From an uncultured Spirosoma sp. (GTDB lineage Bacteria > Bacteroidota > Bacteroidia > Cytophagales > Spirosomataceae): a stretch of 62,394 nucleotides of DNA. A program made the translations under genes and the position numbers. The stretch covers positions 1 through 62,394 of the forward strand of contig CAXTJJ010000001.1 in assembly GCA_964244155.1 (NCBI GenBank), given 5' to 3'. This document shows, in pieces, positions 56,544 to 62,394 of this stretch. How positions within the stretch are numbered: position 1 is the first letter of the stretch; each line of letters begins with the position of its first letter. The notes beneath the pieces were generated by a model. That model was given only the letters and a program-made list of their open reading frames with translations, searched no databases and was not told the DNA's origin.

Positions 56544-56769
56544 AAACGGATGACCGAGACATAGTTGGCTGGTGAACACCCAGGCGAAACAGGGAACGTC
56601 CAAGTTGGTCCAGCTATTCAGACCATGAGCCCGATAAAGCGGATCATCAGGATATGTTTTAACGTTAGCTAACAACCCATTCTATTGATCAGCCGGTAGA
56701 TACCCAATGATCTCTCTGGGTTGTATTAGACAGCTCCCAATTGTCTCATAGGTTATTTAGCATTACGTT

Positions 56770-56836
56770 GTCTCATAAAATCACGCCCAAATGAGACAAG
56801 GAAGTGTTCATAAATCTAGTATCTAATTGGGCGTTT
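56770..56836. repeat. res-like site family B, copy 3
   Basis: GTCTCA-N16-TGAGAC, then AATTGGGCGTTT at 56825. Confidence 0.5.
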
Positions 56837-56906
56837 TATTTTACCCCGTCTTATCTATGTTTTGGCCAATCCCAATGCACCTTAATCACTTGCTTAATCA
56901 TTAATC

Positions 56907-58304
56907 ATGAAATACTTCTCACTCCTATTTCTCATCTCCATCACCATCCAGGCGCTGGCTCAAAAAGAGTATGCCCAAAAACTAGACGAGTTCATGCAGG
57001 CTCAAGTCCAGATCAATGCCTTCAACGGTAACGTCCTGGTGGCTCAGAAGGATCATATCGTCTACCAAAAAGCCTTCGGCTTCGCCAACTATGAGACTAA
57101 AACACCCTTAGATCTGAATTCGGTCTTCGAGTTGGGCTCGGTTTCCAAGCAGTTTACCGCCATGAGTATCTTATTGCTCAAGGAGCAAGGCAAACTCCAT
57201 CTTTCCAATACGCTGCGCCAGTTCTTCCCCCAATTACCTTATCATAACATTACCATCCAACAGTTGCTGACCCATACCTCGGGGTTACCTGACCATGAAA
57301 CAGAAATGGATACTCGCTGGGATCACCAACAAGTGGCCACGAACCAAGACATGATTCAGTTTCTGGCCCACTATAAACCGCCGGTTCACTTTCAGCCCGG
57401 TCTGAAGTATGAATACTCCAACACGGGCTACGCACTTTTGTCGGCCATTGTTGAACAGGTCTCCGGCCAGCGCTGGGCCGAGTTCACCAAACAGTCTATT
57501 TTTAAGCCCCTGGGTATGAGCCGCTCCCGGGTCTATGTCACCCGGCGCAGCCAGGGCGAAGTCATCCCGGACTATGCCTATGGCTATGTCTACCTGGATA
57601 GTCTGCAGCGGTATGTACTGCCGGATAGTGTCCCCCAATACGACTTGGTCTATTATCTGGATGGTATTTACGGCGACGGGGGTGTCAACAGTACGGTAGG
57701 CGATTTATACCGGTGGGACCGGGCCCTAAAGAACCACACCTTACTCAGCGAGGCCACTCAGCGGGCGATGCTCTCGAAGCAGGTCTTGATAAACGCGCAA
57801 AAACAAACGTTTTATGGCTATGGGGTACGCCTGGGTCAACAGAACAACAAAGCGATCGTGGCCCATGGGGGTAGTTGGCCAGGCTATAAGAACTATTTAA
57901 CCCGGTATATTGACGATGATCTGACCATCATCGTCTTATCTAACAATGAAGCAGAAGCGGATAAACTCAGTATCTCGCTGGGGGCCATTGCGTTAGGTAA
58001 GGCGGTTGCCCTGCCTCAAAAACGGCGAGTGATTCAGGTGGATAAGAACCTATTGGAGCGCTATGTGGGGACGTACGAGTTCGACCCTGAGAATAAATTT
58101 ATCATCATCCGGAACGGCAATCGATTAGTGGTCCGCTCCCGCTACCAGCCCACCTTTGAACTGCAGGCTGAAACGGACACCCGGTTTTACGCCCCCAAAT
58201 TGTTCGCTCACCTCGAATTTATCCGGGATAATAGGGGCCAAGTAACAAAGCTAGTTGAGGTACGGGACAACGGCCAGCAATCCGAAGCGAAAAAGATTAA
58301 CTAA
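56907..58304 (+). CDS. exported serine hydrolase, beta-lactamase/S12 family
   Basis: GSVSK, LLTHTSG, YSN, HGG; DUF3471-like tail. Confidence 0.92.
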   Translation: MKYFSLLFLISITIQALAQKEYAQKLDEFMQAQVQINAFNGNVLVAQKDHIVYQKAFGFANYETKTPLDLNSVFELGSVSKQFTAMSILLLKEQGKLHLSNTLRQFFPQLPYHNITIQQLLTHTSGLPDHETEMDTRWDHQQVATNQDMIQFLAHYKPPVHFQPGLKYEYSNTGYALLSAIVEQVSGQRWAEFTKQSIFKPLGMSRSRVYVTRRSQGEVIPDYAYGYVYLDSLQRYVLPDSVPQYDLVYYLDGIYGDGGVNSTVGDLYRWDRALKNHTLLSEATQRAMLSKQVLINAQKQTFYGYGVRLGQQNNKAIVAHGGSWPGYKNYLTRYIDDDLTIIVLSNNEAEADKLSISLGAIALGKAVALPQKRRVIQVDKNLLERYVGTYEFDPENKFIIIRNGNRLVVRSRYQPTFELQAETDTRFYAPKLFAHLEFIRDNRGQVTKLVEVRDNGQQSEAKKIN

Positions 58305-58660
58305 ACGAGTGACTGGCGTTGAATCGGTCAGCAACTGATACCGTGAATAGCGTCATTCTGCTTCATCCGTTGGGTGAAGTGATTACCAAGCAAGTATGGT
58401 AGTTTGGAAAGTAAAGCACGAGAAACAAGTTACCCTGTTCCCAAGTAAGTGGACTTTGCTTTACTCTCAAGAAAAGATCCAATTGGAGAGGAAGGAGCAT
58501 GCCTACCCTAATCATTTCGATAAACCGTAGAGGCTTTGAGTATCTTTCTGCCGATATTGCCGTGGATGGCTGGCACACTATACGAAAGGACCATCTAGTT
58601 GGCTGACAATTTGACCTTTGGCGCTAGCTAAAGGCCTCAAGCTACAGCACACCAACCTCT

Positions 58661-60517
58661 ATGACCAAGTATCTCCTTAGGCTAACCGTTGGGGTTTGCT
58701 GCTGGCTGATTTCCCACCTTACCCCGGCACAAAACACAACCCCAGGCGACACCATCGTCAAAGACGACCATTCCTTTGCCGACCCTGCCCGGGCGACAAC
58801 CAAACACCTGGACCTGACACTGAGCGTCGATTTTGACAAAAAGCAACTCACCGGTAAGGCCGCCTGGCTCATTGACAGTAAGGGCCAGGAAATCATTTTT
58901 GACACCCAGGGCTTGACTATCCAAAAAGTGACTTTGGGCGAGCCCGAAATCCCCGCTACCTATTTTTTAGAGCCCCCCCGTCCCTTGCTGGGCAGTGCCT
59001 TGCACATCGCTATCTTGCCGACGACCCAACGGGTGACCATCTATTACGCGACCACCTCCACCGCCACGGCCCTGCAGTGGCTGAGCCCCCAGCAAACCAC
59101 CGATAAAAAAAAGCCCTATTTCTACACCCAATCCTACTCGATTTGGGCCCGCAGTTGGCTGCCTTGCCAGGACATGCCCGGCGTAAGGTTTACCTACTCG
59201 GCCACGGTTCGAGTGCCCCAAGGCTTATTGGCCGCCATGAGTGCCCAGGGCCCGCGCCGAAAAGAAGCCAGCGGCCTTTATCAGTTTACCCAGCCGCATC
59301 CCATCCCGGCTTACCTGATGGCCTTAGCCGTGGGTGACATGGCCTTTAAAGCCATTGACGGCCGAACGGGGGTCTATGCCGAACCCTCCCTGCTGAAGAA
59401 GGCGGCCTGGGAATTCGCCGACCTGGGTAAAATGGTCACCGCGGCTGAATCCTTGTATGGACCCTACCGCTGGGGCCGCTTTGACGTCTTGGTCACCCCG
59501 CCCAGTTTTACCGCCAGTGGCATGGAAAATCCAAACCTGGTCTTTTTGACCCCAGCGCTCCTAGTGGGGGATCGCTCCCTCACCTACGTAGTGGCTCATG
59601 AGTTGGCCCACAGTTGGAGTGGTAATCTGGTGACCAATGCGACCTGGAATGACTTCTGGCTCAACGAAGGGGTGACGACCTACTTTACCATTCGCATTGG
59701 GGAAGTGTTATATGGCAAAGAGGAAGCGGCTATGCAGACGGTGATTAGCCGAACCAGACTAAGTAACCAGGTCGCGGCTTTTGGCGCTAGCAGCCCGGAT
59801 ACGCATCTGAAACTCGACTTGAGAGGCCGCAATCCCGACGACGCGCTGACGGACATTGCTTACCAAAAAGGATGCGCTTTTCTGCAAACCATCGAGCAGG
59901 CAGTGGGCCGTCCCCGCTTTGACGCCTTTCTAAGGCGTTATTTTACGCGCCATGCGTTCCAGGCCCATACCACCGAGGGGTTTCTGAGCGCACTCAATCA
60001 AGACTTGTTCCAGGGTGATAGCTCGCTCATCGGCCGGGTACAGGAACACGAATGGGTGTATAGCGGCGGCATTCCCGCCAATATTGCCCCTGTTTCAGCC
60101 GCCAAATTCAAGGCGGTAGATAGCCTGCTGGCTCACCTCCGAGATGCAGACGGCATGAGCGAGCTGGGCAAAAAGATTCGTTCGTACAACGAAACGTATT
60201 ACTTTCTCCAGCAGTTGCCCACCGACCTAACGGCCGGTGAAATGGCTCAATTAGATGGCGAGTTTGATTTTACCCATACGCGTAACCGCTTCCTACAGCG
60301 GACCTGGCTACTGTTGTGTGTGGAACATTACTACCGCCCGGCGGATACCCAACTAGAGGCCTTTATGCGCACCTATGGCACCTACTCTATTGTGTTATAT
60401 AAAGCCTTGAGCCAAACTCCGACTGGCAAAACCAGAGCCAGGCGAATTTTTCAGCAAGCGAGCTCGGCCTATCACCCGTTGACGAGCCTGGCCATTGAGG
60501 AGTTGCTACGGGATTAA
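58661..60517 (+). CDS. exported M1 aminopeptidase (leukotriene A4 hydrolase-like)
   Basis: SGMEN, HELAH-x18-E (WLNEG), AYQKG. Confidence 0.93.
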   Translation: MTKYLLRLTVGVCCWLISHLTPAQNTTPGDTIVKDDHSFADPARATTKHLDLTLSVDFDKKQLTGKAAWLIDSKGQEIIFDTQGLTIQKVTLGEPEIPATYFLEPPRPLLGSALHIAILPTTQRVTIYYATTSTATALQWLSPQQTTDKKKPYFYTQSYSIWARSWLPCQDMPGVRFTYSATVRVPQGLLAAMSAQGPRRKEASGLYQFTQPHPIPAYLMALAVGDMAFKAIDGRTGVYAEPSLLKKAAWEFADLGKMVTAAESLYGPYRWGRFDVLVTPPSFTASGMENPNLVFLTPALLVGDRSLTYVVAHELAHSWSGNLVTNATWNDFWLNEGVTTYFTIRIGEVLYGKEEAAMQTVISRTRLSNQVAAFGASSPDTHLKLDLRGRNPDDALTDIAYQKGCAFLQTIEQAVGRPRFDAFLRRYFTRHAFQAHTTEGFLSALNQDLFQGDSSLIGRVQEHEWVYSGGIPANIAPVSAAKFKAVDSLLAHLRDADGMSELGKKIRSYNETYYFLQQLPTDLTAGEMAQLDGEFDFTHTRNRFLQRTWLLLCVEHYYRPADTQLEAFMRTYGTYSIVLYKALSQTPTGKTRARRIFQQASSAYHPLTSLAIEELLRD

Positions 60518-60624
60518 TTGGCCTTGAAGACTGAGCGCTCAGGAAACAGGGGTCCCGTTCCTAGCCATGCTCTCTACTCTCCCATACGCTGCTAGCTGGC
60601 CTTTACAGGTAGTAAAAAACATTC

Positions 60625-60694
60625 GTCTCACAATAACGCTCCTCATAGTGAGACGCCAAAGAATTCATATATCTGCTTCTTAAAATGGGCGTTT
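60625..60694. repeat. res-like site family B, copy 4
   Basis: GTCTCA-N18-TGAGAC, then AAATGGGCGTTT at 60683. Confidence 0.5.
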
Positions 60695-60709
60695 CCTAAA
60701 ATATATAAG

Positions 60710-60762
60710 TTCGTTTACCCCAAAGGCAATAACATCGATTTTATGCCTTTGGGGTAAACGAA
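60710..60762 (-). terminator. hairpin downstream of the ABC permease
   Basis: 19-bp perfect arms TTCGTTTACCCCAAAGGCA / TGCCTTTGGGGTAAACGAA, 13 bp after the stop; U-tract is weak. Confidence 0.7.
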
Positions 60763-60775
60763 ACAAATTTGGCCT

Positions 60776-62394
60776 CTAGTCACTCCGTAAGCTTTTCACC
60801 GGATTCATCAGAGCCGCTTTGATACTCTGAAAACTCACCGTCAGTAAAGCAATCCCAACCGCCAGTAAGCCCGCCAGGACAAAAATCCACCAGTCAAGCG
60901 TAACCTTATAAGCAAACTCCTTCAGCCATAGACTCATGCCCCACCAAGCAAAAGGGGAAGCCAGCACCAGCGCCAGCAGAATAGGTTTGAGAAAGTCTTT
61001 GGCCAGCAAAGCCACCACACTGCCAACCGAGGCACCCAGTACTTTCCGAACCCCAATCTCTTTTGTCCGTTGTTCGGCGGTGTGGGTAGCCAAGCCAAAT
61101 AAGCCTAAACAGGCGATAAAGATCGTCAACCCGGAAAACAGGGTCAACACCTGTTCTGTTTTTTGCTCGGCTACATAAACCTGCTCAAACCGGTCATCTA
61201 GAAACGAATAGGAAAACGGAGCGCCGGGCGAAAAAGACTCCCACTGCTGCTTGAGGGAAGCCAGCAACTGCGGCAGCTTATCGGTTCGGGTTTTGAGCAG
61301 AATATTGCCTGAGTTACCACCCAAAAACAGGACTAAAGGCCCAATCTTCTGCCGCAGGGATTCGAAATGGAAGTCGCCCACAACCCCAATGACCCGGTAG
61401 TAGACCTTTACGCCCTGCTCATCCGTGCGGCCAATCAGCTCTCGGCCAATGGGATTCTTCTGCCAGCCTAAGGCCCGCACCGCCGTTTGATTTAGAATAA
61501 CCCCGGCGGAATCGGTGGCGAACCGTTTGGAGAAATTACGTCCCTCAACCAACTGCATACCCAACGTAGGTATATACTCATAATCAACATGATACACCCG
61601 ACTAACAACGCCCTTATCCGGATTTTCTTTGGCCATGATGGCGCTGTTGGTCGAGAATAAATTACCAACGGGCACGTCCCCCGAAACACTACCCAGGATG
61701 ACTTGTGGCGTTTGACCCACTTGGTCGCGAAACACAGCCTCTTGATGACCGAGCATGTGCGTATCATGAATCACCAGTACTTGGTCGCGATCAAAACCCA
61801 CTTTCTGACTCCGCATGTAGCGCAGTTGTCGGTCAGTCGTAATGGTGCCGACGATCAGGGAAATGGTGATAAAAAACTGAAACATCACGAGTCCACTCCG
61901 CAGGTTGACGCTTCCGCGTGCGGCAGTAGGCTGTCCTTTTAAGACTAAAACAGGGGTAAAGGAGGCCAGGTAAAAAGCCGGATAACTACCCGCTATCAGC
62001 CCCACCAGCACCGTACCCGCTACTAAACCAGCCGCGACAACTGGATTGATTAATAAACCGAGCGTAAGGGCCTTGCCGGTCAACTGGTTAAAGAAGGGCA
62101 GCGCCAGACCGACGAACAGCCCGCCAATCAGCAGCGCTACCATCGTCAGCAGAACCGATTCAATCAAAAACTGCTGTTGCAATTGCCGATTTACCGACCC
62201 GAGCACTTTCCGTACCCCTACCTCGCGCGAGCGCCGGACGGCCGTGGCCGTCGATAGGTTCATAAAGTTTATACAAGCGATGAACAGCATAAAGGCCGCA
62301 ATAGCGGTCAGTCCGTACACCGTTCGAATGTCACCTGCTGGTCTTAGTTCGGCGCCACTGAAGGGAGAATATAAGTGAATATCCGTGAGGGGTT
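60776..62394 (-). CDS. MacB/FtsX-type ABC transporter permease (5'-partial)
   Basis: The frame is open to the edge (PLTDIHLYS); ACINFMNL...REVGVRKVLG, EIGVRKVLGAS, NPVKSLRSD. Confidence 0.93.
   Translation of the reverse strand, partial: PLTDIHLYSPFSGAELRPAGDIRTVYGLTAIAAFMLFIACINFMNLSTATAVRRSREVGVRKVLGSVNRQLQQQFLIESVLLTMVALLIGGLFVGLALPFFNQLTGKALTLGLLINPVVAAGLVAGTVLVGLIAGSYPAFYLASFTPVLVLKGQPTAARGSVNLRSGLVMFQFFITISLIVGTITTDRQLRYMRSQKVGFDRDQVLVIHDTHMLGHQEAVFRDQVGQTPQVILGSVSGDVPVGNLFSTNSAIMAKENPDKGVVSRVYHVDYEYIPTLGMQLVEGRNFSKRFATDSAGVILNQTAVRALGWQKNPIGRELIGRTDEQGVKVYYRVIGVVGDFHFESLRQKIGPLVLFLGGNSGNILLKTRTDKLPQLLASLKQQWESFSPGAPFSYSFLDDRFEQVYVAEQKTEQVLTLFSGLTIFIACLGLFGLATHTAEQRTKEIGVRKVLGASVGSVVALLAKDFLKPILLALVLASPFAWWGMSLWLKEFAYKVTLDWWIFVLAGLLAVGIALLTVSFQSIKAALMNPVKSLRSD

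Noticed and set aside
54180-58304. Calling the S12 hydrolases ampC beta-lactamases
   Set aside because: They have HGG rather than the KTG triad and carry DUF3471-like tails, which fits peptidase-type members better.

Overview
A Bacteroidota segment that looks Cytophagales/Spirosoma-like (TAnnTTTG promoters, a hybrid two-component system, lipoproteins; taxon is inference) and is most likely plasmid-borne. It carries a Rep_3-type initiator (37976-39106) with eight 13-bp iterons, one intact and two decayed serine recombinases, and two ~60-bp palindromes. The left arm (1-20 kb) is a redox/hydrolase cluster with three tandem TPR-HisKA_2 kinases and a sigma54 enhancer-binding regulator; -24/-12 promoters and a YCCA-N7-TGGA enhancer recur in its intergenic regions. 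At 21.5-28.6 kb a two-component/lipoprotein/prolyl-oligopeptidase module lies between two homologous multi-subsite res-like regions. The right arm has HxlR/SDR, two 7TM kinases and an HTCS-linked D-aminoacylase/S12/M1 peptidase/ABC-permease locus, punctuated by a second family of directly oriented res-like sites. The most novel hypothesis is a plasmid assembled from gene modules bounded by serine-recombinase sites. Many genes are freshly pseudogenised. No rRNA, tRNA or CRISPR array was seen. All family calls come from motif recognition; no searches were run.
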